Assembly (NCBI GenBank): GCA_023252215.1
Contig: JAHEXG010000003.1
Span: 1 to 60,131, forward strand
Source of the DNA: Candidatus Altiarchaeales archaeon
Lineage (GTDB): Archaea; Altiarchaeota; Altiarchaeia; IMC4; QMZM01
DNA length: 60,131 nt
Direction of reading: 5' to 3'
Part shown: positions 29,520 to 38,914 of the stretch, piece after piece
Layout of the letters: each line of letters starts with the position of its first letter
How positions within the stretch are numbered: the stretch's first letter is position 1
Notes under the pieces: generated by a model
The model's input: the letters and a program-made list of their open reading frames with translations, nothing else
Told to the model about the DNA's origin: nothing
The model's database searches: none
Position numbers and translations under genes: made by a program

Positions 29520-30476
29520 TTAATCCTTGTTCTTCGAGTCCTGTATGCCGTTCCCGGTCACCTCGAACACGCATTCTCCTTCCGGCAGGCTGGGCGAGTC
29601 TACGAGTTTTGCAACCCTTTTGTCCCCCTTGCTCTTTCTCAGGTATAGTCTGAACGTGGACGTATGGCCTACTATGTGCCCTCCTACCGGCGCAGTGGGG
29701 TCTGCGAAGAATGTGTCGGGCTTGCTCATTACCTGGTTTGTTACGACAATGGTTATATTGTGCGCATCCGCGAGCTTTCTTTGCAGGAGGTGCATGTGCT
29801 TGTTTATTTTTTGCTGGCGATCTGCAAGCGTTCCTCTGCCGGTGTATTCTGCGCGGAAATGCGACATCAGGGAGTCTACTACTACAAGTCCTATGTTGTA
29901 TTCTTCCGCGATCTCGGCAGCCTTTTCTGCGAGAAGCATCTGGTGGTCCGAGTTGTAGGCTCTTGCGATGTGTATGTTCTTTAGGACTACGTTCGGGTCG
30001 AGTTTGAGCGCTTTTGCCATTGACATTAATCTTTCAGGCCTAAAAGTGTTCTCTGTGTCTATGTATATGGCGTTCCTTCCCAGTCCGCCTTCATCCTCCG
30101 GGAGCTGCACGTTCACCGAAAGCTGGTGTGCAAGCTGCGTCTTCCCGGAACCGAACTGCCCGTATAATTCGGTTATGGCCTGTGTCTCTATTCCCCCGCC
30201 CATGAGCTTGTCCAGTTCCTCGCTTCCTGTCGTTATTTTTCCGATGAGCTCTCTTTTCTTGAGCGCTTCAATGCCTGTTTCGAAACCCATTTCCGGGGTG
30301 TTCTTGATGCCTTCTTTTGCAGCTTTTATGATCTTTACGACTGACGCTTCCCCCAATCCTATGTCTTTTAGCTCCGATACGCTGGCCGCGGCTATTGCTT
30401 CCATGCTGTCGAATCCCGCTTCTCTCAGTTTCTCGGCTACTTTTTCTCCTACTCCCGGCAGATCTTCTATTTCCAT
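29520..30476 (-). CDS. radA: DNA repair and recombination protein RadA
   Basis: N-terminal Hh[31 protein letters not shown]. Confidence 0.97.
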   Translation of the reverse strand: MEIEDLPGVGEKVAEKLREAGFDSMEAIAAASVSELKDIGLGEASVVKIIKAAKEGIKNTPEMGFETGIEALKKRELIGKITTGSEELDKLMGGGIETQAITELYGQFGSGKTQLAHQLSVNVQLPEDEGGLGRNAIYIDTENTFRPERLMSMAKALKLDPNVVLKNIHIARAYNSDHQMLLAEKAAEIAEEYNIGLVVVDSLMSHFRAEYTGRGTLADRQQKINKHMHLLQRKLADAHNITIVVTNQVMSKPDTFFADPTAPVGGHIVGHTSTFRLYLRKSKGDKRVAKLVDSPSLPEGECVFEVTGNGIQDSKNKD

Positions 30477-30561
30477 TTTATCTTTTTGTTTCTTGGTATG
30501 ACTTTCCTAATTAATTGGGAACGGGGTATAAATATACAATAGGAGAGAGTGCGCTGGAAAA

Positions 30562-31497
30562 ATGATCTGTCATTCGTGCGGGAAAAAAACGGTTCAGATA
30601 GGATTGTGCTTAGAGTGCTTCCTGAAAAAACACCCTATATTAATAGAAGACATCGCCGTCAAAGTGTGCCGATGCGGCCGATTCTGGAGGAAAGCTTTAT
30701 GGGAGAAGGACTTGGAGAAATTCCTTGGAAAAATGATCTTTGAGAATCTCGTAGTTGATCCTGAGATTAAGATAACCGGTATAGTTGTCGACCCTGTTTT
30801 CGAGGAGAGGAAGATAAAGGCAAAGGTGGTCCTAAAAGGAACATACAGGGGCTTGGAATTTGAAAGGGAGATGTCTAAGGAGATAAGAAAAGAGCCGGTA
30901 AGTTGTCCCGTGTGCAGCCGGGTCTCTTCCAGCTACTATGAGGCTGTGGTGCAGTTTCGCATTCCCGTGGACGCCAGAAAGACGCTTGACGGGGAATACG
31001 TTACCCGTACCGAAAAAGTCGCCGGAGGATTCGACGCATATGTGACGAATGCGCCCTATGCCCGTAAGCTGGGATCACAATTTGCCCGGAAAGGTTATAT
31101 AGTGATGCACTCCAAGCAGATTGCCGGTATGAAGGACGGCGTAGAGATGTGCCGTGAATTCGTAGCTATTAAGTCTCCGGGGGTGGAGGTCGGCGACTTT
31201 ATAAGATATAAGGATAAGTTCCTGCAGATAATGGAATTCGGAAGGACTATTCGCACAAAAGACGTTTCACAGCGAAAGACTCAGATGATTCCTCCGAACC
31301 GTATAGAGAAATCAGAGGTGGTGGCAAGGAAAAGCGATGTAAGAAAGGCGATGGTTTCGTCTGTGTCCCCCTCCGTGACGCAGTTCATGGACCAGGATAC
31401 GTTCTCTACGTTTGAACTGCCTAACAAGTATCCGGAGCTGAAGGAAAAGGATATTGTAAGCTATGTGAAGATTGGAAAAGACGTGTATATTCTATAA
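30562..31497 (+). CDS. nmd3: NMD3-related protein
   Basis: CHSCG..LCLEC, CRCG, CPVCSR..SYYEAVVQFR. Confidence 0.8.
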   Translation: MICHSCGKKTVQIGLCLECFLKKHPILIEDIAVKVCRCGRFWRKALWEKDLEKFLGKMIFENLVVDPEIKITGIVVDPVFEERKIKAKVVLKGTYRGLEFEREMSKEIRKEPVSCPVCSRVSSSYYEAVVQFRIPVDARKTLDGEYVTRTEKVAGGFDAYVTNAPYARKLGSQFARKGYIVMHSKQIAGMKDGVEMCREFVAIKSPGVEVGDFIRYKDKFLQIMEFGRTIRTKDVSQRKTQMIPPNRIEKSEVVARKSDVRKAMVSSVSPSVTQFMDQDTFSTFELPNKYPELKEKDIVSYVKIGKDVYIL

Positions 31498-31530
31498 TTA
31501 TCTACTTTATATAATTATCTATCCGCAGCA

Positions 31531-32868
31531 TTACTTTAATTCTTTTATCGCTCTTTCTACCTGCTCTACCGCCGTGCCTATGTAGTTCTTGGGGTTAAGG
31601 GCCGCATCTATCTCTTTTACATTCAGGTATTTTCCTATGTCTTTGTTTTTCACTAGTAGGTCCCTGAAAGATTTTTCTTTGTCGTGGGACTCCATGGCTA
31701 TCGTACGCAGTAATTCGTGGGCGACCTGTCTGCCCATGCCTTTTTCTACGAGCTTGATCATCAGGTTCTCCGCCATTATCTTTCCGCCTGACAGGTTCAG
31801 GTTACGCTCGATGGCTTTATAGTCAAAGACCAGGTCGTTTATGAGGTCTATGCTGACGTTTAGTATGTAGTCCGTCAAAATGCAGGCTTCCGGGAAGATT
31901 ATCCTCTCCGGGCTGCTGTTTGTCAGGTCGCGTTCATGCCAGAGGGGTATATTGTCCAGTGATACGATGGCGTTGGCCTTTATCACCCTGGACAGGCCGC
32001 AGACCCTTTCCGCGTATATGGGATTCCTCTTGTGCGGCATAGTGGATGATCCGACTTGTTTTTCGCGGAAGCCCTCTGACACTTCGCCGATTTCGGTTCT
32101 CTGGAGGTTGCGTATCTCGGTTGCTATCTTGTTCAGGGTCTCGGCGATTAGTGCAAGGTCGAGCATGTATTCTGCGTGGCGGTCTCTTTGTATTACCTGG
32201 TTGCTGACCAAGACCGAGCCTAGGCCCAGGTCTTTCATGACAAGTTCCTGTATCTTCATTCCTTTGTCTGCGAATGCGGCCTGCGTGCCGACCGCGCCGG
32301 TCATCTGTCCCACTAGAAGCCTTTTCTTGCATTCGTTGATGCGGTCGACGTGTCTCTGCACCTCGCAGGCGTATATGGCGAATTTTAGGCCGTAGGTCGT
32401 GGGGATAGAGTGCTGCGCATGCGTCCTGCCTATGCAGACTGTTTTCTTGTGGTCTTCCGCCTGCTTTAGCAGCGCCTTCTTCAATTTATCAAGGTCCTGG
32501 AGCAGGAGTGCCGTATACTCTTTGAATTGCAGGGCCAGGGCGGTATCAGTTATGTCGTTGCTGGTAGCCCCGAGGTGAACGTATTTTCCGGCCTCGTCTC
32601 CGCACTGCTCTGAAAGCGCTCTCACGACTGCCATAACGTCATGATGTATCTCGGATTCTATCTCCTTTACACGCGCTACTTTGACGTATTTGGCGCTGGC
32701 CTTCGCACTGATCGTGTCTGCGTCCTTTTTCGGGATGTTCCCGACGGCGGCCTGGGCTCTCGATAGCGCGGCTTCGACGTCCAGCGCCTTTTGCAGTTTG
32801 TTCTCTTCCTCAAAGATCTTCCTGACTTCCTTCCTGCCGTAGCGGTCCTCTAGGGGGTGAACAGACAT
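31531..32868 (-). CDS. purB: Adenylosuccinate lyase
   Basis: HLGATSND, GRTHAQH, GSSTMPHKRNP, HERDLTNS. Confidence 0.96.
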   Translation of the reverse strand: MSVHPLEDRYGRKEVRKIFEEENKLQKALDVEAALSRAQAAVGNIPKKDADTISAKASAKYVKVARVKEIESEIHHDVMAVVRALSEQCGDEAGKYVHLGATSNDITDTALALQFKEYTALLLQDLDKLKKALLKQAEDHKKTVCIGRTHAQHSIPTTYGLKFAIYACEVQRHVDRINECKKRLLVGQMTGAVGTQAAFADKGMKIQELVMKDLGLGSVLVSNQVIQRDRHAEYMLDLALIAETLNKIATEIRNLQRTEIGEVSEGFREKQVGSSTMPHKRNPIYAERVCGLSRVIKANAIVSLDNIPLWHERDLTNSSPERIIFPEACILTDYILNVSIDLINDLVFDYKAIERNLNLSGGKIMAENLMIKLVEKGMGRQVAHELLRTIAMESHDKEKSFRDLLVKNKDIGKYLNVKEIDAALNPKNYIGTAVEQVERAIKELK

Positions 32869-32919
32869 TTTATATCAACCGATAATTTCTTTGGTTTGAT
32901 AGAATAAGAAATACATGTA

Positions 32920-33333
32920 TTACTGTAGTTTATGCTTTATCATAGTCCTAAGCTTATGTATCACGGAGTCCAAAGTTTTTTCCTTTCTTGTTACGTAGTC
33001 TTTCTGGACGAAGAAGCCGTCGTACGCTATCCTGTTCCTCAGGGTTCTCAGATCTTCTATGGCGCTTATTTCGTACTCTGTGAATTCCTTATAGTTTTTC
33101 GACAGGTATTCGATCGTCTTCTTATGGGCTCCTTCGCCGTAGGTCTTGTATCCGTCAAGTAGCAGGACTGCGGATATTAGTTCTCTTATGACGTCGTAAT
33201 ATTCTTTTGCCGCGTTGGATGGAAATCTCTCCAAGTCGATGGTTTGGATCATCTCCAGGGTGGTCTCAGCCATCTTAAGTATTGACTTTGCTTTTTCCTT
33301 GTCTGGTGACGTCTTTATGAACTGGTCGTCCAT
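32920..33333 (-). CDS. HEPN domain protein
   Basis: YYDVIRELI...GAH...LRNRIAYDG; paired with MNT. Confidence 0.75.
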   Translation of the reverse strand: MDDQFIKTSPDKEKAKSILKMAETTLEMIQTIDLERFPSNAAKEYYDVIRELISAVLLLDGYKTYGEGAHKKTIEYLSKNYKEFTEYEISAIEDLRTLRNRIAYDGFFVQKDYVTRKEKTLDSVIHKLRTMIKHKLQ

Positions 33334-33334
33334 T

Positions 33335-33871
33335 TCAGTAAGCTTTCAGGTAGCCTTTTAGTATTGCTCCGTTTACTATGTTGTTTTTCAGTTCAGGGCT
33401 CAATTCTTGGAAATCCGCGTTAAAAAATAGGCTTATCTTCCGGCCCAGTTTCTTCTCGAACCTGGATAGGTCTGTTTTCTGTTCCTTTGTTTCAATGAAG
33501 ATGTCTATGTCGCTCTCTTTCACGTCTTCCCCTCTGGACGCGGAGCCAAACAAAACTATGCACTCCGGAGAAAATTCGTCGTATAAGACGTTTACGATGC
33601 CTGCTTCATGCAGAGATGCCAACAGGTCAAGTTTCTTGTAAAGTCTGAAGAACTCATTATCGCGGTTTGCGTGATAAACGGGGTAATTGTGCGCCCTATG
33701 CGGTTCTTTTACGATAAGGCCTTCCTTGATCAATTCGCCAAGGTATATCCCGACAGACTTGGGGGCAAGCTTTGTTAGCCTTCCGATCTCCCTGAGATGG
33801 AAGCCTCCTTTCGGGAGCGGGTCGTCGAAGAAAACCTTCAAGACTCTGTATTTGTTATAATTTTTCCACAT
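33335..33871 (-). CDS. wHTH-fused minimal nucleotidyltransferase
   Basis: FHLREIGR HTH; LFGSASRGEDVKESDIDIF. Confidence 0.88.
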   Translation of the reverse strand: MWKNYNKYRVLKVFFDDPLPKGGFHLREIGRLTKLAPKSVGIYLGELIKEGLIVKEPHRAHNYPVYHANRDNEFFRLYKKLDLLASLHEAGIVNVLYDEFSPECIVLFGSASRGEDVKESDIDIFIETKEQKTDLSRFEKKLGRKISLFFNADFQELSPELKNNIVNGAILKGYLKAY

Positions 33872-33920
33872 ATGTAATAAAATTATAACATTTGTGATAT
33901 AAATATAACAGTTGCATCCT

Positions 33921-34301
33921 TTATCTCTTTTTCTTCGGCTTCATGGCATACGGGATGTCTATGTAGTAGACTCCTTCTTCTGCCCTGACCACTATGGGTT
34001 TTCCGCTCATAAGGGAGGCGATATCAAGCGTGAATTTGCCTTCTTCGACCCGGATCATGTTCTCTATGTCCAGGCGGATCGTGCCTTTGCCTGCCATGCG
34101 GTCGCCGAATTCCTTGTCCAGCCATTGGATGTCGGATTCTTTGATTTTTTTGGTCCTGAGTTCTTTGACTGCTTCCTCTGACGTGCGGCCTGGTTTGTCT
34201 CTTAGAAAAAGGAACAGCCTGGAGCCGCAGGGGCATCCCTGTAAGAGTTCTTTTGCGTTGCTGTCGTATATCCTCTCGCAGCGGGCGCATTTATGGGGCA
34301 T
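33921..34301 (-). CDS. oapC: OapC/ArvC Zn-ribbon protein (DUF2072)
   Basis: MPHKCARC..LLQGCPCG..GKFTLDI..EEGVYYI. Confidence 0.85.
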   Translation of the reverse strand: MPHKCARCERIYDSNAKELLQGCPCGSRLFLFLRDKPGRTSEEAVKELRTKKIKESDIQWLDKEFGDRMAGKGTIRLDIENMIRVEEGKFTLDIASLMSGKPIVVRAEEGVYYIDIPYAMKPKKKR

Positions 34302-34310
34302 CTTGTTTTA

Positions 34311-34712
34311 TTATTCTTCGGAGTTTTTTTCAGAGTCTGACTGTTTTTTCTCGGCTAGTACCGATATGCGTTTGGGCTCCTTCTTTATCTGCTTTATCAG
34401 TTTCGAGGGCCCGATGACGGTCAGGCCGCCGGTCTTTCCGCCGAGGAGCTTTATTATCGTCTCCCTGATCCCGTTTTCCTGTTTTTCTCTCAGGGTGGAG
34501 ACCTCTATTCCCGAGAACTTTTCGGAGATGTTCCTCATGGTGGCCTCGATGAGCTTTGCTTCGTCTGTGGATGAGAGGCTTTCTTCCATGACAAGTATCT
34601 TGTTGTCTTTTATCTTGTCAAGGATGTATTGCATTTTCTCCTCTCCTTTGAATTCTTCGAGTATGTCGGATGATATAAACTCCAGTTCTATGTTTATGGA
34701 TGGATTTTTCAT
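34311..34712 (-). CDS. oapB: OapB/ArvB protein (DUF2073)
   Basis: EKMQYILDKIK..EAKLIEATM..FSGIEV..GLTVIGP. Confidence 0.85.
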   Translation of the reverse strand: MKNPSINIELEFISSDILEEFKGEEKMQYILDKIKDNKILVMEESLSSTDEAKLIEATMRNISEKFSGIEVSTLREKQENGIRETIIKLLGGKTGGLTVIGPSKLIKQIKKEPKRISVLAEKKQSDSEKNSEE

Positions 34713-34724
34713 TTTGGGAGAAAA

Positions 34725-35348
34725 CTATTTAGAGTGTTTTGCTATGGCGTTGTAAAGGTCTTCGATGTTCGACCCCGTAAGCCCGGATATCCTCACAATG
34801 GGGTGCTGCGGGAATGCCTCCTCAATCCACTTGGCGTTGGAATCCGGAAGGTCTATCTTGTTTGCGACAATGATTATGGGAATATTCCTTGCCTCAAGAT
34901 TCCCAAGTATGGTAATATTAACCTGCGTATACGGATCCTTGGTAGAATCCATGATCACAAGCGCAGTATCAACGTTCTCCAGCCACTTGATGGCTTCTAT
35001 TACGCCCTTGGTCGCTTCCTTTGCCCGCTGCTTTGCGTCTTCGGCTGAGAAGCCGTACTGGAGGAACTCTTCAAAATCGATCTTCGTAGAAATCCCCGGC
35101 ATGTCCAGGAGGTTCATGACTATCTTTCTCCCGCCTACTTTGACAATCACTCTCTCTTTCTTCTGCACTTCGCGGGTCTCGTGAGGAACCTCGGAAACAG
35201 TGCCGACCGGCTCCCCAGTCCAGTCGATGGATATCTTGTTTGCAAGAGTCGTCTTCCCCGCGTTAGGCGGTCCGTATAATCCAAGCCTTATTATCTTTTT
35301 CTTGCCAAAGAATCCTTTGAACCAGCCCAACAATTTCCTGAATGGCAC
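34725..35348 (-). CDS. oapA: OapA Era-like GTP-binding protein
   Basis: GPPNAGKTTLAN, PHETR, DMPG, ANKIDL. Confidence 0.9.
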   Translation of the reverse strand: MPFRKLLGWFKGFFGKKKIIRLGLYGPPNAGKTTLANKISIDWTGEPVGTVSEVPHETREVQKKERVIVKVGGRKIVMNLLDMPGISTKIDFEEFLQYGFSAEDAKQRAKEATKGVIEAIKWLENVDTALVIMDSTKDPYTQVNITILGNLEARNIPIIIVANKIDLPDSNAKWIEEAFPQHPIVRISGLTGSNIEDLYNAIAKHSK

Positions 35349-35457
35349 TATGAATCACCTGAACAGTCTATGGAATACTATTGATTTTTAAGCCTAAAAT
35401 ATAAGTTAATAGATGTTTACATTATAGTGTATACGGCTATATAATAAACATTTTTAT

Positions 35458-35535
35458 CCCCGCAAATGAGCCCAAAGGGCTCATGGAGATGTGCGCCTTC
35501 TGAGTGCGTGAATCCGCGAAAAGGGGAGGTGAATT
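35458..35535 (+). promoter_or_regulatory. Structured 5' leader of rpl15e (candidate eL15 ribosomal leader)
   Basis: Perfect hairpin ATGAGCCC-AAA-GGGCTCAT, second stem, SD GGAGGTGA. Confidence 0.5.
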
Positions 35536-35537
35536 CT

Positions 35538-36143
35538 ATGGGCTACTACAAATACGTTGCACAAACATATAAAGCAATAAGGAACAAACTAAACGAACCG
35601 GAAAACCTCGAACTAAGAAACCTGATAGGCGCACGAAAAAAGGCCTGGAGAAAGTGCCCGACGGTAGAACGCGTCGAACACCCGATAAGGATCGACACCG
35701 CCCGAAAATACGGCTACAAGGCAAAACAAGGCTTCGTCGTCGCAAGAGTCCGGGTCAGAAAAGGAGGACTAAACAAGCCCCGCCCCGAAAGAGGACGCAA
35801 ACCCAAAAGAGCCGGAGTAAACAAGATCACGCCCCGCATATCCATACAGCGGATAGGCGAGCAGAGGGTCATGAAAAGATACCCGAACCTGGAAATCCTC
35901 GGCTCCTACTGGGTATGGGAAGACGGGCAATACAAATACTACGAAGTCGTTTTGGTCGACCCAAGCCACCCTGTCATAAAGAGCGACAAAGACGTTTCTT
36001 GGATATGCGAGAAACAGCACACCAGAAGAGCATACAGAGCGCTTACGCCCGCAGGAAAGAAAGGCAGAGGATTGCTGAACAAAGGCAAGGGAGCGGAGAA
36101 GATACGCCCAAGCCTCGCAGCGAACGAAAACAAGGCCAAATAA
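35538..36143 (+). CDS. rpl15e: 50S ribosomal protein L15e
   Basis: MGYYKYV...GYKAKQGF...RYPNLEILGSYWV.EDG.YKYYEV. Confidence 0.96.
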   Translation: MGYYKYVAQTYKAIRNKLNEPENLELRNLIGARKKAWRKCPTVERVEHPIRIDTARKYGYKAKQGFVVARVRVRKGGLNKPRPERGRKPKRAGVNKITPRISIQRIGEQRVMKRYPNLEILGSYWVWEDGQYKYYEVVLVDPSHPVIKSDKDVSWICEKQHTRRAYRALTPAGKKGRGLLNKGKGAEKIRPSLAANENKAK

Positions 36144-36225
36144 GGGGCCTCGGTTTTCTTCTTTTTTTTTATTTTCTTTTATTATTTATTTAGTTCCAAA
36201 ACAGTAGTTAATAACCATTCGAGAT

Positions 36226-36298
36226 GCCTTGGTAGCTCAGCTGGTAGAGCGCTCGACTGTTAATCGAGTGGTCACAGGTTCAAGTCCTGTCCAAGGCG
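36226..36298 (+). tRNA. tRNA-Asn(GTT)
   Basis: Cloverleaf GCCTTGG/CCAAGGC, CTCGA-CT-GTT-AA-TCGAG. Confidence 0.95.
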
Positions 36299-36319
36299 TA
36301 TCAAGAAAAAAGGCCAAAC

Positions 36320-36394
36320 GGGCCCGTAGCTCAGACTGGTTAGAGCGCTCGACTCATAATCGAGTGGCCGTGGGTTCAAATCCCTCCGGGCCCA
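36320..36394 (+). tRNA. tRNA with CAT anticodon, probably tRNA-Ile2 (agmatidine)
   Basis: GGGCCCG acceptor typical of archaeal Ile tRNAs, CTCGA-CT-CAT-AA-TCGAG. Confidence 0.88.
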
Positions 36395-36512
36395 ACCTCC
36401 CTTCACAGGGACGTTGATGGAAAATCCTAAAGGACGTCCCAGTGGGACAAACAGGAGGCAGGGTCTTCGACCCCCCCATAACGCACATTTTCAAAGATAA
36501 GAGGTCCATAAA

Positions 36513-36746
36513 ATGATTATTGAAGTAGGCAGGGTCTGCAGGAAGACCACAGGAAAAGACGCCGGCAAATACTGCGTGATCGTGGAAAAAATAGACGACA
36601 ACTATGTAATGACGGAGGGCATTGCCCAGAAGAGGAAAAAGACCAGCATACTACATCTCGAACCTCTGCCCAAAGTCCTGGAAATAAAGAAAGGCGCATC
36701 CACGGACGAAGTAAAAAAGAAACTGGAAGAAGAGAACCTCGCCTAG
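36513..36746 (+). CDS. rpl14e: 50S ribosomal protein L14e
   Basis: IEVGRVCRKTTGKDAGKYCVIV..IDDNYV..HLEP. Confidence 0.93.
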   Translation: MIIEVGRVCRKTTGKDAGKYCVIVEKIDDNYVMTEGIAQKRKKTSILHLEPLPKVLEIKKGASTDEVKKKLEEENLA

Positions 36747-36753
36747 GTATGAT

Positions 36754-37752
36754 ATGAAACCAGCAGGCCTAACAGACGTCCTGATAAAGGAAGAGGCCGA
36801 AACAGACCCCGGATACGGCTGCCCCCCGGAAAACCGGGACATAAAAACACATCTGAACGACGGCATAGTCAACATCGACAAACCAGCAGGCCCCAATTCT
36901 CACCAAGTAACAACCTGGGTAAAAGAAATACTCGAACTGCCCAAGACCGGACACTCAGGAACACTAGACCCAAAAGTAACCGGTGTCCTACCGGTAGCGC
37001 TTGGAAACGCAACCAAAATAGTCAAAGTACTACTCCTATCAGACAAAGAATACGTCTGCCTAATGTCCCTACACGACACCGCGCCAAAAGACCGGCTGGA
37101 AAAAATATTCCACGAACTACAGGGCCCGATATTCCAGACACCCCCCATCATGTCCGCGGTAAAAAGAGAACTACGCATAAGAAACATATACGAATTAAGA
37201 CTGCTAGAACGAAACGGAAAAGAAATCCTCTACAAAGTCAGATGCGAAGCAGGAACCTACATAAGAAAACTCTGCCACGACATGGGAATAATCCTTGGAA
37301 CAGGCGCACACATGCACGAACTACGCAGGACAAAAGCAGGCTCATTCGACGAAACAAGCCTGGTAATACTACAGGACCTGAAAGACGCCTACGTAGCCTA
37401 CAAAGAAACAGGCGACGAAACAAGGCTGCGCAAACTAGTCCTCCCGGTCGAAGCAGGCGTCAAAAACATAAGAAAAATATGGATAAAAGACTCCGCCATA
37501 GACGCAATATGCCACGGAGCAGACCTCAACGCGCCAGGGATAAGCCTGCTGGAAAAAAACATAAACAAAAACGACCCAGTCGCCCTAATGTCCCTGAAAA
37601 ACGAACTAGTAGCACTCGCCAAAGCAAACTACGCATCAGAAGACCTGCAAAAAATGCAAAAAGGCCCCGCAGCAACCCTCGTACGCGTAATAATGGAAGC
37701 AAACACCTACCCAAAACAATGGCATAAAAACAAGGCAGAAAAAACAGCATAA
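36754..37752 (+). CDS. cbf5: RNA-guided pseudouridine synthase Cbf5
   Basis: IDKPAGPNSH, GHSGTLDPKVTG, GTYIRKLCHD, PUA domain. Confidence 0.95.
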   Translation: MKPAGLTDVLIKEEAETDPGYGCPPENRDIKTHLNDGIVNIDKPAGPNSHQVTTWVKEILELPKTGHSGTLDPKVTGVLPVALGNATKIVKVLLLSDKEYVCLMSLHDTAPKDRLEKIFHELQGPIFQTPPIMSAVKRELRIRNIYELRLLERNGKEILYKVRCEAGTYIRKLCHDMGIILGTGAHMHELRRTKAGSFDETSLVILQDLKDAYVAYKETGDETRLRKLVLPVEAGVKNIRKIWIKDSAIDAICHGADLNAPGISLLEKNINKNDPVALMSLKNELVALAKANYASEDLQKMQKGPAATLVRVIMEANTYPKQWHKNKAEKTA

Positions 37753-37793
37753 TAAAACCACATAATCCCTAATCCATAACCTCATAATAGACG

Positions 37794-37949
37794 ATGAACA
37801 ACCTGCCAAGCATACAAAGCTGCCCAAAATGCAAAGGAGGACTAGAAGAACAAGAAAACAGCCTAATATGCCGCAGATGCAGAACACGCTACTCCCTAAA
37901 CCACGGAATACCCATAATGATAGTCGACTCAGCTGAAAAAGCAAGCTAA
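37794..37949 (+). CDS. Trm112 family protein
   Basis: Manual translation SCPKCKGGL...LICRRCRTRYSLNHGIPIM. Confidence 0.8.
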   Translation: MNNLPSIQSCPKCKGGLEEQENSLICRRCRTRYSLNHGIPIMIVDSAEKAS

Positions 37950-37979
37950 AAAAAAGTCGAACACAAATCATCCACACAT

Positions 37980-38067
37980 GCTGAGGTGGCAGAGTTTGGT
38001 CTAACGCGCGGGCCTGCTAAGTCCGTTCCTCGAAAGGGGAGCTTGGGTTCAAATCCCAACCTCAGCG
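37980..38067 (+). tRNA. tRNA-Ser(GCT)
   Basis: GCTGAGG/CCTCAGC, CGGGC-CT-GCT-AA-GTCCG, long variable arm. Confidence 0.93.
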
Positions 38068-38069
38068 CA

Positions 38070-38152
38070 CCTTTTTTGCCTTCGAGAAGGCATGCCCTGT
38101 TGGGCATTTCTTAAGAAGAAAGATGCCTGAAGGCATGTCCCTGAATGGACAA
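38070..38152 (+). repeat. Two TG..CA|TG..CA double hairpins downstream of tRNA-Ser (family D)
   Basis: TGCCTTC-GA-GAAGGCA|TGCCC-TGTT-GGGCA TTTCTTAAGAAGAAAGA TGCC-TGAA-GGCA|TGTCC-CTGAAT-GGACA. Confidence 0.75.
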
Positions 38153-38250
38153 AGAAGGGTGAGGCCTTCAGGCCCCACAGTGACGTGATATTTTTCGGCG
38201 CGATACCAATAATCCATATCCCAAAAAAAAATATTTTTGGAGGAACAAAA

Positions 38251-38457
38251 ATGGCTGGTCCGGAAAAGAGAAAACATCCCATATCGGAGATGGCAACAGG
38301 GAAAATACACCCCATACAGGCGATGAATAAATCCATAAATGAAAGAGAAAACAGAGGATCCGCAAGAGAAGATTTCAGCATGAACAAAGACGAGCGCGCA
38401 GGAATGAAACGCGTCATAGAAAGCGCCGCAAAATTCCAACCATACAAGAAAAAATAA
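38251..38457 (+). CDS. Small hypothetical protein (68 aa)
   Basis: GGAGG SD upstream of ATG; MAGPEKRKHPISEMATGK... Confidence 0.55.
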   Translation: MAGPEKRKHPISEMATGKIHPIQAMNKSINERENRGSAREDFSMNKDERAGMKRVIESAAKFQPYKKK

Positions 38458-38471
38458 GGGAATAGAAAAAA

Positions 38472-38545
38472 GGGCTCGTAGATCAGTTCGGTAGATCGCC
38501 CGCTTGGCGTGCGGGAGGCCTCGGGTTCGAATCCCGACGAGTCCA
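38472..38545 (+). tRNA. tRNA-Ala(GGC)
   Basis: GGGCTCG/CGAGTCC with G3-U70, CCCGC-TT-GGC-GT-GCGGG. Confidence 0.95.
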
Positions 38546-38646
38546 ATCCCTATCCCTCCCGCTTATTATTTTAACCTCAAACCCCTATCATAGACCATTT
38601 CATTCAACGGAACCGTGGGGTCGAAAGATCCCACGCTGATTCAACC

Positions 38647-38669
38647 GGGACCGTGGGGTAGCTTGTCCA
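38647..38669 (+). repeat. Duplicate of tRNA-Pro 5' 23 nt
   Basis: GGGACCGTGGGGTAGCTTGTCCA vs GGGACCGTGGGGTAGCTTGGCCA (22/23). Confidence 0.85.
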
Positions 38670-38751
38670 GAACTCTCCCAAAGGGATGGTTTCATCCCCA
38701 AAAGAAAATTAAATTATAGAAACAATAAAAAATTTAATAAAATTCATTAAT

Positions 38752-38825
38752 GGGACCGTGGGGTAGCTTGGCCATCCTTCTAGCTTGGGGTGCTAGAAAC
38801 CTGTGTTCAAATCACAGCGGTCCCA
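38752..38825 (+). tRNA. tRNA-Pro(GGG)
   Basis: GGGACCG/CGGTCCC, CTAGC-TT-GGG-GT-GCTAG. Confidence 0.95.
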
Positions 38826-38914
38826 TAGGAATCCCCCTCAAGGGATTATTCCATTCCCAAAAGAAAAGACAATGGGGTCTAAAGACCCCCCGTGGGGTGG
38901 GTCAGGATTAACCT

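Noticed and set aside
18508..30476. Inteins in MCM or RadA
   Set aside because: Both have normal length and contiguous motifs.
35349..35460. Replication origin next to oapABC
   Set aside because: No cdc6/orc gene or recognisable ORB repeats; the spacer is short and promoter-like.
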